A stretch of 63,282 nucleotides of DNA, filler included, from Cercozoa sp. M6MM (taxonomy: Eukaryota > Protista > Endomyxa: Ascetosporea), in the NCBI GenBank assembly GCA_040357565.1. It is 11 parts of 11 records of this genome, joined end to end, with 100 filler letters (N's around TTAATTAATTAA, not from the genome) between each part and the next. Parts side by side here need not be neighbours in the genome. Positions count along the whole stretch, not along the records: positions 1 to 23,153 come from JBDODJ010000174.1; positions 23,254 to 26,705 come from JBDODJ010001450.1; 9 more parts are not named here. The stretch is one strand, 5' to 3'. Shown here in pieces: positions 12,782 to 25,129 of the stretch. The translations under genes and the position numbers were made by a program. How positions within the stretch are numbered: position 1 is the stretch's first letter; each line of letters starts with the position of its first letter. Below the pieces are notes generated by a model. That model saw only the letters and a list, made by a program, of their open reading frames with translations, did not search any database and had not been told where the DNA came from.

Positions 12782-14893
12782 CTACTGTACTTCGGCAGGC
12801 TGCCGCAGCATTTGAAGAATTGTTTCAATTGCGGTCCGAACTTGGGTTGCGCTGGGTCGACTGCTCATTATATTGCATACAAATGCCAAGTACTGCCTAG
12901 CGGATGGGACGACAAAAATTGCAGACTTACAGTTGGGGTAGAATCAGAAGAGTGTCGTGAAGAAGAGCTTCGACGCGAACAGCCACACCAGGCGGCAGCG
13001 TTGTTTTCAACTGTTGTAGCAACGTTTGAGGAGCAGGTGTGACCTGCACAGCAAGTCGACTAACTCTTCCGGCAGTCGGTCGAACTGATTGTCGGTATGT
13101 CCATCTTGTCAGTTTCACTTGGCTGAGTTCGTCCATGAGCGACGTATTCAACGCGTGGAGTCTCAATGCATCGTTGTACTTCGCGTCGAGTCGTTCGAGG
13201 TACTGGGTCTGCTTCATCATTGCTGTTCAAAATGGAAGCAGAATAGCACATGAAAAGCAGAGTCACCACTTTCGCTGACTCCGTGCGTTTGCCTGAAATT
13301 GCATCTGAGACCAGATCCAGCATGCGTTCGGACAGGTGACTTCGAAGCAATGCGTACGCTGTCGCTCCTAAACAAAAAAAAATCATTGAGTTTTAATGCA
13401 AACAGGTGCGATGTCAATGTGCATACCAAATGACCAAATGTCAAGCTTCATAATCTGTTGTGCATCTTTCGAGCATTCCGCCGGCTTTGACAAACCGTGG
13501 AGATAACTAAAAGAAAAGGGACCTTTTATATTGATTGTTGGGGAGAGGAAGGGGGGGCTGTTTATAGTTTGCCAAGTAGACTGTACCAGTGCACTACTTC
13601 CGGAGAAGTGTACGCGAATGTTCCTTGTGGACGAATTTGTTCTGAAATGGACGCAGCAAACTCCAAATCGGCCAAGATCTAAAACAACCAACACAGTTTA
13701 CTGGCAGTGGGAAATGTCATAATAGCAGAAGGGACTGACCGCCGATGTGTTTCCATGCCGTAGCAAAATATTCTCGGGTTTTATGTCATAGTGAACAACA
13801 TCGTTTGCATGCATGTGTTCTGTCGAAAAACTCAGTTGGGTGCGCGCAAGTGAAGGTGGACACACACAGAAAGAGAAACAGAATTAAATTACCCATTCCA
13901 ATCGCTACATGCAGCAACCACGTGAAAATGGTCGACATGTTCAACGGTGTACGTGAGACTACAGATATACTGGGTAACTATAACGCGGGGTATCTGACAC
14001 TTCGAAGGATTCAGACACGTAGAGTACACATTGATCTTTGAAGGAACGATTCAACGTTGTGCGGGTAGTACGGCATCAGCACCGCAGATTGCGTCTGTCA
14101 CAAGCGAGTACGGCAGAAACTGTGCATTGATGTGGCCTCTAATACCGGCATCAAAACGAAGCTGAGTGCAGGAGCAAGATAGGAATGCCACGGAGCTGCC
14201 CAATATATTCTCATTTGTACGTAGTTTATGTAATTTATGAAAACAGAAGTGCAGCGGTCCAGCAATACCCGAGATCCAGCTTTCCTCGTGATTGGCGTTC
14301 AATCCAAAGTGCGCCTTCGTGTTCATGAGGTAACTGCGGTGTGCTGTAGAGTACATGCATCAACATGACATGTCATACAGTACAGTAAGTTTACATTCTA
14401 CAATCCAACATTCCTCAGACCAGAACGCGTTTCTTTTACCAGCAGTTCGTCCAAAAGCCTCTCCATGTGAGACTTTGAAGACAAAGGCAAACTCTGTTGC
14501 AGTAGGGGGGTCGTATCGAATTCTTGAGTGGACATGTGTCTGCAGTTCGCCCGCAAATTTCGAGCAAGCACGCACAGCGATAAGCGTAGAGCGTTGAGTG
14601 GTGGCGAGGAGAGAGACTGAGATATCGTCCCCTTGAACCCGACTTTCATCACAGCAAAACTGCTGCTTGAAAAAGGCAGCGGTGTCCTCAGTTTTAGCCT
14701 GTCGACATTAAAAAGCATTGGAAATTGTATAGTTTAATGTATTAGCTGAAACTGACCGTCGCAGAAGACGTTTCCGGTACCGCAGGCACTGCCCGACACA
14801 AATCGCGCAATTGCGCTTTTTGGTCCCCAGTACTGCTCGATTCAAGTACGCCAAGTATATGTGAGGCAAAAACGAATACTCTGTGGTCGACAT
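12782..14893 (-). CDS. Ser/Thr protein kinase-like protein with atypical motifs
   Basis: Spliced subdomains: AVLMPYYPHNVESFL, WLLHVAIGM|EHMHANDVVHYDIKPENILL, ILADLEFA, GTFAYTSPE, KLDIWSFG, LILPQL|RPSATQV; start uncertain. Confidence 0.85.
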
Positions 14894-15280
14894 CGTTTTG
14901 GGTCTAATTTACAAAGTGCACAAAATACCAGGACACAGCGCGTTTAACAGTAATTCGCCCTACCAAGCAAATCCCCGTGGAGAACAGTGCCAATAGCGTT
15001 AGCGCAACAACCCAACTCATTTTGATCCCTGCTTCGCAACCTCTCTATTGCGCCTGTGAGAGAGAATTTTGGCCGACTATTTTTGTGTTTCGGACATTCA
15101 CACGCACGTGCCAGCGCTCTCATGAACTGTAAACTTATCGCGCGACCAAGAAACCGAATGCACGAAGATTACAGCGAAAGACCAGCCCGACTGACTCTCG
15201 AGAGCATTTATTCAACGAAGGCGTGCAGGTGGCGTGTGCTTGCTCTTCGACCCAACTTGATCATGTGAGAAAGCAGTGGT

Positions 15281-16915
15281 ATGGAGACGTTTAGCCCAAG
15301 GTAGCACACTGGTGCGCAAGATCTGTTGTGGAAGGGCCTCACCTCAATCCCTCAATAAAGCGTGAGTGTCGTGCGAGAGTTTGATGTGTGTCGCTGCTTT
15401 GGTGTTGACGGCGTTATTGTCGTCAGTGTGCGCGACGTCGACACAGGATGCTCGCGTGCGATCTGGAGGTACAATCCTGGCTATAAACTGGCGAAAAACT
15501 CGTAGCTACGTATCGGTTCTCCAGGAAACGTACTATCGCTTCGACACCAACCGTGGTTGCCGACAACTGATCCTTGGCGCGATTCAGTTCGCACTCAGAC
15601 CAGACAGCCGACTCAAGTCAACGGACGACCGTTGCTTCGAGTTAGTTCAGTTGTCACAGCATTGCCAACAACCTCGGCCTCGAATCCGATATCTCCTGAC
15701 TTTCGGCTCAACTCGAGACGACCACCGGTGCAGTTGCAGCGGCAGTTCCACCCCGAACAGCAACTCAGACTCGAGCATCGCCGACATTCTGTTGGCCACT
15801 CGCACCACCCTCACGCTATCCCCAGCTCTTCTTCACAGTCCAATTTCAGCGGCAGTCACGCGTTTCGACTGAGGTCTGCTGTTGACAGTTTTAGCCATCC
15901 AAACTCGAGTTCGATTCGAACTCGAACTATGCCGCTTGTGGAGCCGTTTTCGTCGTCGACCGGAGGCGAAATGCCCACCATCAGACGATGCGATGCAAGT
16001 CACCGCAGCGTCGTCGGGTGCGTGACACAGTGCGTTTCTCTCAAAGACGGCTTTTCGCGCGGATGTTGTGTTTTAACTTGAAACTGTGACTACTGCAGCA
16101 ATGCGTGGAACAACGATCCAGCAGCTGGAGACCGTATTTCGTGCCACATTTTGCCTCGAGACGCAACAGGGAAAGAAACAGAACCGCACCCAGATGATTT
16201 TGTCGTCGAGCTGTCAAATGTTCCTGAAGAGCTCAAGTACCCGAAGATCCAGAGGTGTATGTGTTCCGACTATTCTATTTTCGGAATGCAAATTTAGTTT
16301 GAGATGAAGCATTTGGACTTGGAGTTTTCGCGTAGCGAATGTGACGAACTTGCTCAATTTTGACGTGCCAATGTATCCGCTCGACGTCTCGTTGGGTCAG
16401 ATTGAAATCAATGTATACCTGACTTTCCCACCGGGTGGGCGGAGAAAGCAAATCAGAAAGTCGCCGATGACGGTGAAATTCGACCCGGCAGATTTTGATT
16501 GGTGAATCATACCTCAACCTCGTCTTCTTTCTCGTGTTGGTCGACTGCTGCTGTTATTCCTGCATTTTTCAGTTCGGTGTGCCTGGAGAGAATGACCTCT
16601 GAACCCTTTGTCATTCTTTCGCGGTGTGGACATCGATTCCATCGCCAATGTTTTGCTGGGTGTGTCAATCACAGCGAAGGCGCTGTCAAAAAGGTAGCAC
16701 ATGCTTGTCATCTGTGTCCTCACGATCTTTGGGCCAAAACCCTTTCACTGACACTTTAGTGCCCACTGTGCCGAACGAACATAGCGAGAAATGTTGTTTC
16801 GTTTGACAACCCTCGCATCAGCTACGACTACCGGCACACCAGAGTGTACAACCAAACAACTGTGCTAAGGGGTTTTGTGGCCAACCATTTTCGCTTGTGT
16901 CAGCAGCTCGATTAA
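15281..16915 (+). CDS. Protein with hydrophobic N-terminus, filamin-like Ig repeat and C-terminal RING-H2 finger
   Basis: RING-H2 spliced as C-SV-C-LERMTSEPFVILSR-C-G-H-RF-H-RQ-C...KK|C-PL-C; preceded by DASHRSVVG...AGDRISCHILPRDATGKE...IEINVYL...QIRKSPMTV (filamin-like); N-terminal LMCVAALVLTALLSSVCA. Confidence 0.7.
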
Positions 16916-17117
16916 TTCCGCTGGTGAATTGTCTTTCGAGTGACTACCCGAAAACACGTACGGTATGGCAGTACGGCCTGGAAGTAGTTTTCGCATTTTT
17001 CGCGAAGCGTTTTTCGCAACTAAATGTTTAAATTTACATTCGACGTCTGAGTTCCATCGAAGCCTTAGCAACTACGTCACGTGACCGTACTTTTCGTGGA
17101 ACTGCGAGCAGCATTTG

Positions 17118-20115
17118 ATGCCTCAACAGTCAGATCTGACATCAACTGGTGCCGTTTCACCTAACAGGTACCCGTGACCTGACCGTCAGTTTCAAAACCA
17201 CAAACGCTGGCTTTTCGTGGACAGAGATAGACGAAAGCGCGTCAACTACAGCCGATATACGGTACCGATTGAGAGTTCGCAAGCTTCGACACAGGTGGTG
17301 CAGCAAGAGATAAAACTTGCAGTCGAACGACGCAACAAAGTCGTTATTGCAGCTGTTGTGATCATACTGGCTTGTCTCTGTTTTGTGGTAAGCAACACCA
17401 ACTGAACAATCGTTGCACAGTAAATTTATTGTATGTGAGTATCAAGTACAGAGCACGTTGCTTGCGTTCATCGCGATTGCATCGAAAACGGAGAAGGAGG
17501 CACTGGATCGTGAAGTGAAGCATGCCGCCAGGATGGTGCAGTTTCGAATCGACCAAGCAGTCGACATCACCACAAACCTTGCGAGTGTACAATGAAACCA
17601 ATTGCCAAAATAACTCTCCGGCGGCATTCATTGTTGTACTTTGTTGTGCAGAATGTTGAAACGGATCAGCAGCTTGCGAAACTGCACTATGACAGTCAGG
17701 TCGCGATGTACACTCACATTGTTGACAACCTCAACACCATCGCAGTCGATGTATATCTCCAGTTCAAATACAAAAAAAAAATTCTAGTTGAAACACACTC
17801 ACAGTACTGGGGACAACCGACGAATGTGCCTGTCACTGACGATCTGAGGTACCGCTTACTGGTGTCACCTCCCACCGGACGCATTCGAGAGGACGAAGTG
17901 CTTCTCACGTTTGACGACGGGTATAGTCTCGCTCAGTTGCTTTATATAAATAGAAGCTGTGCTGTCGTTTCTATCAGCCCGTGGACACAAACTACAACGG
18001 ACGTATTGGACATTCTGAAAGCCAACAATGCCAAAGCAACCTTCTTTGTCACTGGCAGCAATGTGTATGTCTGACAAACATACTCCTCAACTTGAAATGG
18101 AATTTCTTTCCTTTAGAAACACGAATCCGTCGCAACTGCGTCGAATCGGTAAAGTGGTTGTCTGAGTATTCACACTGGCTTCAGTGCGCGGATGCTTGCA
18201 GTGTTAGAAGGACACGAAGTTGGTGTGCACACCTACACACACGCAGCAATGACGACACTCTCACGGGTGCAGCAGGACCAAGAGATCCAGCTGACACTCG
18301 ATGCTATCCACAATGCACTCGGTGTAAACCCAGTGACCAATCTGAGTGACTACAATGTGCGGTAAGTTGACCTGGGCAAACAAGCGTACTTCTTGTGCAC
18401 AGAGCAACTTTTCCGATACCGAAAAAATAGATATTGGAGACCACCCTACGGAGACACCAATGACACACTTCGACAGTACGTGTTAGACACTTACGGACTC
18501 GCAGAGGCCCTGTGGTCGATCGACACGAACGATTGGGACGCCAGTAACGATGCCAATTACATTGCTGCTGTGATTCAAAATGCACGCGGCCACAATATTC
18601 TCATGCACGACGCTGTCATCAACAGTGTTGAAACCGTCAAAGGTACAGTAAACTGTACTGCTCCTCTTGAGATTTCTTTCATTGTGCTTCCAACAGCTTT
18701 GAACACGACGTTGCCGACATTGGTGGCCCAAAACACGACCTTCCACACTCTGTCGCAGTTGGATGCACTGCGGAAACAAGAGGCCACAGCAGGCGGTTTC
18801 AGCTTGCCGTATTAGTGCGTTGCCTTTACTCAAGCTTTCATTTGTTGAGGACCTCAATTTGTGCTTTTTGAACAGCAAGAAATACTCAGTGCGAAGCGAC
18901 ACGATGAAGCGAGCCTACGTACCAGGCATGACGTACGCTCTGTCGTGTGGCTACATTCCAACCTCTGAGGCGGCACAGTGGAGTGCAACGACAGGCGCTT
19001 GGATTTGGCCAGCGTCCACTTCACCGACTTACAAGTACATGCCGATCAACGAGGCAGTGGCCATCGTGTCACCTCGCTCGCTTTCCTCACTCGGTAAATT
19101 TAACTTCAATTTCCCAGTTGAGCCGAAACTGTTTTGATTTCTTTTCTTAATACCAGTGTGTTTTTATAACGACTTTAGCTTCAACGGTGGACGATACTGA
19201 AGTGTTGAACGTGAGTTCGGTGCTGCGCGGACACGATGTTGCCTCGGACGGCGATATTTCGAGAGTGTTCGACGAAAGCTCAAGTGTATGTTTACAATGA
19301 GCTGCAGGATAGTATGTTGTATCTGTCTTTCTGAGGTCTAAAACTGCGCAGAAAGTCGTGTATGCACAAGGTGTCGCACTGCCGTTTGCCCAGACACCGT
19401 GGCCGACTTCCGAACAGACCGAAATGCGAGGTGCACTCGTTGCACCCGTTGTGATCAACGATAATGTCGAAGGTAACCGACGTGCATTAAAACTTAAATT
19501 TAAATAAACCTATCTGGCCGAAGTACTGTTCTTGTGTTCCTCAGGCACAGTTGTGACTGGTCTCGACATGTTGCTACTGTTACAGTCAGTCGGAAATACC
19601 ACCGACCTGCAAGTAAGCGCAACAAACGAACTCTGCGACGAAGGCGGTCTTCGAATGAGTTTCGACAAATGTCACACTTCCACACTACAACTACCTGGCA
19701 TTGAGGTACGAAACTAGCGAGAGTACACTCAGCTGCGGTACCCTCTCTCTCACGTATGCGTTTGTACAGCTGCAAGTCACGTGGCGACGTCACATCACTG
19801 TTTCCCCCGTTCGAACTGGTATTGATAACTCAGCTATTAGAGTAAGCTACATAATACAGTCTCGCACTGCTGCTTTCAGTCTTACCAGCCGTGCTCCTGA
19901 CGACGTTTTTTGTGGCATCTCTTCTATCTCTCTCTGCACTCTCGTTGCGGCAGCAGAAGCAGCAGCAGCGATATTATGTCTCAAGCAACCAGCACATCAA
20001 GCTTGTCGTGCCCAAAGACCGTGACAGCAGTGAAGCACGCACGGACAGTCAAGTGGCAGTGAGTCCGAGAAAACAAATCATCAAAAGCGATGTCAGTGCT
20101 ATCGACGCTGTATGA
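17118..20115 (+). CDS. Two-TM membrane protein: CE4/NodB polysaccharide (chitin/peptidoglycan) deacetylase within a CHASE-like extracellular domain
   Basis: All five CE4 motifs present (TFDDG|P, HTYTH, RPPYG, DTNDW, LMHD; ~17890-18770); TM1 VVIAAVVIILACLCFV|STLLAFIAIA; downstream exons CHASE-like; TM2 VLPAVLLTTFFVASLLSLSALSL. CE4 call is strong, CHASE call moderate. Confidence 0.8.
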
Positions 20116-20250
20116 TAGACTCACTATGACCGCCACAGTTTCGTTTACAGTATGTTTCTGTGCAAAAGGTAATGTAAGCTGTAGTAGGCAGTACTGTCAG
20201 GTCAGTCTTAGTAAGTAAGCTTCTGGTGTGAGGTGTGCACGGCATGCGAA

Positions 20251-21353
20251 TCACGCGAACAGCTTGACAAACACGGAGTCGTCGAAGGCGTCGACGGTAG
20301 CATCGAAGGATTCGTCGCCGCCTTGGGCAAGAGCGCCGAGTTTTGCAAGGATCTGACCGCCGGCGATCTTGCCGATTAGGAAGTCAAAGTGCTGCGTGGC
20401 GTAGTTTATTGGCGCGTCCACAGGTGTGGCTAAGTATACATACACATTTTTCTCTTTGGTCACCTGTATCGGAGCGCACTATCAGTATCGAAAATAGCTT
20501 CACGAAACACACCACCAGACGACTGCAGCAACACGAACTTCTTGTCACCGAGCAGACCATGTGGACCGTCTTCTCGGTACTCAAAGGCCACACCTGCCGT
20601 CAGTGCCAGGTCGTACCACAGCTTGAGTGATGCACTGCAGCAACAAACACACTAATCTTGCCCTTTGTGCATCAGGCACGCAATTGTATGAAGTGAGCAA
20701 AGCGTACGGAACGAAGAAGTTATGCACCGGCGACTCAATCACAACGACATCGGCCGCCTTGATCTCGTTCGACAACTCGCTCGACACTGGCATGGCACCA
20801 GCGAATGCGCTATATTTTGAGCGGGTTTTGCGAAGATAGCTAAAATCAACAGACCAAAATCAAAAGTACAAGCCCTTCTCGGCGAATTCTTGGTTCAGGT
20901 GAGGCAGAGGACTCGCAGCCACTGCGACACCAACAACGATATCGCAACCTAAAATAGCAGTGGCTGAAAATGCAATCGGTACGGTCTCGAACGACAGTGA
21001 CGACCTTGACGTTGTGAGTGGCAGCCTTCTTCTCGAGTCGCTCAAAGAAGGCGTTGCCTAACTTGCGCGACAGTGAGCCGTGCCCCTGGTAAGCACGAAG
21101 AGAACATCGTCATCATTGGATCCGTACCGGATATAAAATATATATTGTACGGAAGGGGTACCTCATCACGCGGCGATGTTCGCACGCGGAGCACGTTGAG
21201 GACCCGACGCGCTGGTCCGACAGCCCGCGTATCACGAACTGTGGAGCGAGCGGCTGTTTGAGTACGACCTTGTTGTGGAACTTGTTTTCGTGGTGTGCTT
21301 GAACGCGATTGGTGCGACTCGCTCGCGGCGGCAGTAGAGGATACGCAACCCAT
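20251..21353 (-). CDS. azoR: FMN-dependent NADH-azoreductase (AzoR/AcpD, flavodoxin_2 fold) with N-terminal extension
   Basis: VLRVRTSPRDE|GHGSLSRKLG...VVRD|LAASPLPHLNQE...EIKAADVVVIESPVHNFFVP|ASLKLWYDLALTAGVAFEYREDGPHGLLGDKKFVLLQSSGG. Confidence 0.88.
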
Positions 21354-21778
21354 CAGGACTGCATCCCAAGGTGTTGTGGTTGCCTCCACGTGCAGTGCAG
21401 GAAGAGAGGGTACAGTACCTGTTAAAGGAGGGTAATAACGTGATAAACGTAAACAGAAAATGTGAAAAACACGGCAAAAGCGAAGTGAGTGGATTCAAAA
21501 GCAGAACCTTCTTTCCGCTGCCGGGCGATCAAAAAAATTGCTGATCGATCGGTGGCATACTGGTCATTTCGTGAGGCATACTGCTAAAGCACGCTTATTA
21601 GCGACTAAAGCACTATATTATAATGTATTTAAAGAATACTAAGCGTTAAAAATGATCAAAGCTTTAACAAAAGCCTACAACTAGTATTTAAATTTGACGT
21701 GTCCAGTTCAGTAATATTCTATTAGTACCCTCCTGTATACAGGAGTAATGGGACTGGTTTCAACGAATGTGGGCAAAG

Positions 21779-22370
21779 CTACTCGCGCGCAACGGCAACG
21801 TCGCGATAGGGAGCCTCTTCTGCTTCGGCCTCTTCTGCTTCGACGCCGGGTAGCTTCGGGATGCGCACGGTCAACACACCATTGCGACGTTCTGCCGGGC
21901 AAAACAATCGCCAATAACACCAAAAAAGAGGAACGTGTTTTCTACCATCGGCGTTGGCGTTCTTGGGCAGCGCGAAGCGACGCATGAAGGAGCCACTTTG
22001 GCGCTCAATGCGACTCCACTTTCCGCGCTCCTTGTCCTTGCCCTCACTGCGTTTCTCCTGAACGTGTGTATTATCCGCGCGGATCAGTCAATGTACTCGA
22101 TGTGAAATGTTAATTTACCGACTCGCGCGAGCCGTCAATGATGAGAGCATGATCGCGCGTGTCGACACGCACCTTGAGGTCGTCGTCTGCGGCACCGGGA
22201 ACATCGGCACTCAGTGTGTAGTTTTCGTCGTCCTCGGATACGTCGCAGCGAGGCCACGCAGACATCTCCTTGTCGAGACAGCTGCGCATGCGTGTTAGCA
22301 TGTTGTCAAAGACGTCTTCGTCGCCACCGAACAACGAAGAGAACACGTGCGATGGCCACATCTTTCTCAT
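21779..22370 (-). CDS. Small heat-shock protein (HSP20/alpha-crystallin domain)
   Basis: PRCDVSEDDENYTLSADVPG...|...RIERQSGSFMRRFALPKNANAD|...NGVLTVRIPK. Confidence 0.93.
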
Positions 22371-23104
22371 GTTGGATTTCAGTTGTCAGTTGCTAAATAA
22401 CTTTTTAGAGTTTGAAGCTCGGAATACCAACGGCTCTCGAACGTAGTCGAATAGATCGCGTTTCGGCTCTGCCACCTGCTGCTCCTGTTTTTTAACTTCT
22501 TGACGCTGCGCGTTTGAAGTCGCCAGCAGCAGCACACACAAGAATAACAGCGCTAGCTGTACTCAGTCATCTCGAGTGACAGGAGCCACAAAAACAGTGT
22601 TGCCTTCGCTTGCCTTACCGGTTTACTCATGCTTGCAGTGAGTCGTAGCTTTTCAGTTTGTCGGAGTCGAAATATGAGAATCGAAGAGGGTCCAAACTCA
22701 CACGCGTCATAAGTCACAACTGAAGTCCAGTTGATCACTACACTCAGACAGAATGTCACTTTGGCTTAGTCCGAGACTTGCAAACTAACTAATTTGACTA
22801 TGTCGTTGGGAACATTCCAACATCCAATACGTTAGCTTCAGGTTGACACGTGGGTTCTTGACCATTCAACCAGAGGTCAGCCCCCTGGGAAAATGTAATT
22901 AGTTTAGTCTAGTGAAAACACACCGATGTAGTTCCTGTAAATTTATCAGTCCTGGTTATGGGGTGGGTCTCAAAGCGCATTCAGGACATCTTCCGTTTCA
23001 AAGATGTCAATTTTTAGGTGTGAGGGGGGTAGGAGAGTTGTTCGCCTCACTCTTGTCGTCCGTCTCTTCGTCTCTTCGCCTGTCACTCTCCTACCACACT
23101 GTAC

Positions 23105-23153
<49 letters not shown>

Positions 23154-23253
23154 NNNNNNNNNNNNNNNNNNNNNNNNNNNNNNNNNNNNNNNNNNNNTTA
23201 ATTAATTAANNNNNNNNNNNNNNNNNNNNNNNNNNNNNNNNNNNNNNNNNNNN
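23154..23253. other. Artificial contig-joining spacer (44 N + TTAATTAATTAA + 44 N)
   Basis: The same spacer recurs at 26706, 30810, 42273, 44185, 47633, 52745, 55985, 60646 and 61874; it puts stops in all six frames. Plain 100-N scaffold gaps at 31210, 43472, 62232 and 62828. Confidence 0.98.
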
Positions 23254-24292
23254 TTCTCTTCTTCTCATTGAGTATGGGTTTTCAATGTCTGTACGTGTGC
23301 CTGTATTCAGAGACGGCAGCATGGTGGAAATCAAGACGCGAGTCGACTGGTGCGATCAACAGGGCCGAAAGGATGAGCGCAAAGTTGACGCGTTCTTTCG
23401 ACACGTGGCACCCAAATGTAGCAACGAGGCACACAGTCATTTTCACACATCAAAAATGTTTGTTCGCAGGGTTCGTTCAGTGTTTCACCGTCGGTATTGA
23501 CCGACTTATCGTGGGCTTTCGCGACGAGAGACCTCGGCACCTGCTGTACGTTGCTTGTGCTTGTGCTGCTTTCTCCAGGACAGGTCTAAAGCAGCGTGCC
23601 GTCTCTGTCGATGTGATGTTAGTGCAGCAAAGAGAACGAGTGGTTTGAATCGCGACTCGCTCGTGTCGAGGTCAGTTGTTTCTGTGATCCTGCTGTGTAG
23701 CCATCTCTTTTGCTTTGTGCGCAGAGATGGACAGTGCGCAACATGCATCGCGAAGCCTTGAGTCGGCAGCACTGGCACGGCGAGCGTATCCTCGGTGTGT
23801 TTTTGCCACCTCTAGTGCTGTAGGGGGGTTTGATTCACACCATTGACAGGAGCGGTGGCCCAAGTGCTGACCTTTGTCTCGCGCGAACTGCAGCGCGACC
23901 GCGACGTCGACAGCGGCGGCAAGCACGACAGCATGCACACGGACGATCTGCACTTTGTGGCGCACTATGAGCTGCAGATACACGCCGCTGCCGACAGTAC
24001 CTGCGACGGCGACAGTCACAGCGCCAGCTCCAGCACCAGCAGTCCCCGCGGCAAGAGTCGTGCTTGGTATACATTGTATAAACGTAGATACGTATATGTA
24101 TATAGATATTTATTGATTTATCTCTTTACTGTTGCACTCATTTATCAATATATCTGTTGAAAATGTCTTCCCAGGACACGTCGACGCGACCCAACCCGTC
24201 CGCCATCGCGTCGACTCGTGTTACTGCGCCTGCCACGGCAGCACACCGGCGAAAGCGACCGGCGGCTCGCCTTTCTTTTGCAGCACCCGTGA
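23254..24292 (+). CDS. DXO/RAI1-like decapping exoribonuclease, 3' part
   Basis: MVEIKTR...DAFFRHVAPK...IDRLIVGFRDE resembles DXO VELKT...FYRHKLLK...VPNVVAGFR; later HWHGERAVAQVLTFV and AFLL are collinear. Confidence 0.6.
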
Positions 24293-25129
24293 TGGCCAGC
24301 ACATCTTCCGTTCGGCTGACTCGCTTGCTCGCTCACGTCAATTGTCTCAATCAGGTCGGCGCCGTTGGCGCGGCGCGAACAGTCTTTCTTTCCGTTCGAT
24401 TCCTTCCGTCGTCAAATACATCATGTGGTTGGTTAGAAACCAACTACGTCGTTCCTCAACACCAGCTCGGGCGTAGTCCACTGCCCGCATAGGGTGGGCC
24501 ATCCAACTCCGTCCGTGAAATTATGCTGAGCACAAGACATACCCTTGCACAAAAAGGTCGTCGAAAGCTTCGGGGTTTTATTGGACGACCTGCAGTCAAA
24601 GTGCACGAGTTGTCGAAAGCTTGACCCAAGCTCGGAAGTTAGGTCTAGCAAAACAAAATCCTTCACCATTAACCGCACTCGTTCGTCCGCAGTCCGAAGA
24701 ACTCAAAAAAAAAGGCTAAGATTGCCAAATGAAGCTAAATACGCTGCGTAATTCCGCCGTAATTACGCTGGTTCTCGGGGTGAACTAAACTGTATGTAAA
24801 ACTGTACCTAAGCAGTGGCCCCGCTATAGGACGGTAATTCACGAAAATATCGATAGATTTCGTTTGCTGAAGTTGCTCTACTCAACTCGAAGCGACCGCT
24901 GACGCTAACCTAATGAACATCTAGAAACTGAAACAAACACACTGCGCTGAAATACTTGTAACTTCAGCCTGTAGCGCACGGCAGACTTACATTTAGATGG
25001 AGAGTTGCCGGTGCTTTATCGTATGGTACAATCATCGGCGTTGCCTGGGACAGGACACCGCGTCAGCCTGACTCGACTCTGCTGCGTCTGCGAAAACCTC
25101 AGCAGAGTGCGTGGGTCGGCTCAGTCGAG

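Noticed and set aside
23107-23153. (CA)n, (GT)n, (AG)n and (TA)n tracts at contig ends
   Set aside because: Ordinary microsatellites that broke the short-read assembly
23154-23253. Recurring TTAATTAATTAA flanked by Ns as a biological repeat
   Set aside because: Fixed 44+12+44 layout with six-frame stops marks an artificial linker; gene neighbourhoods across these spacers are meaningless
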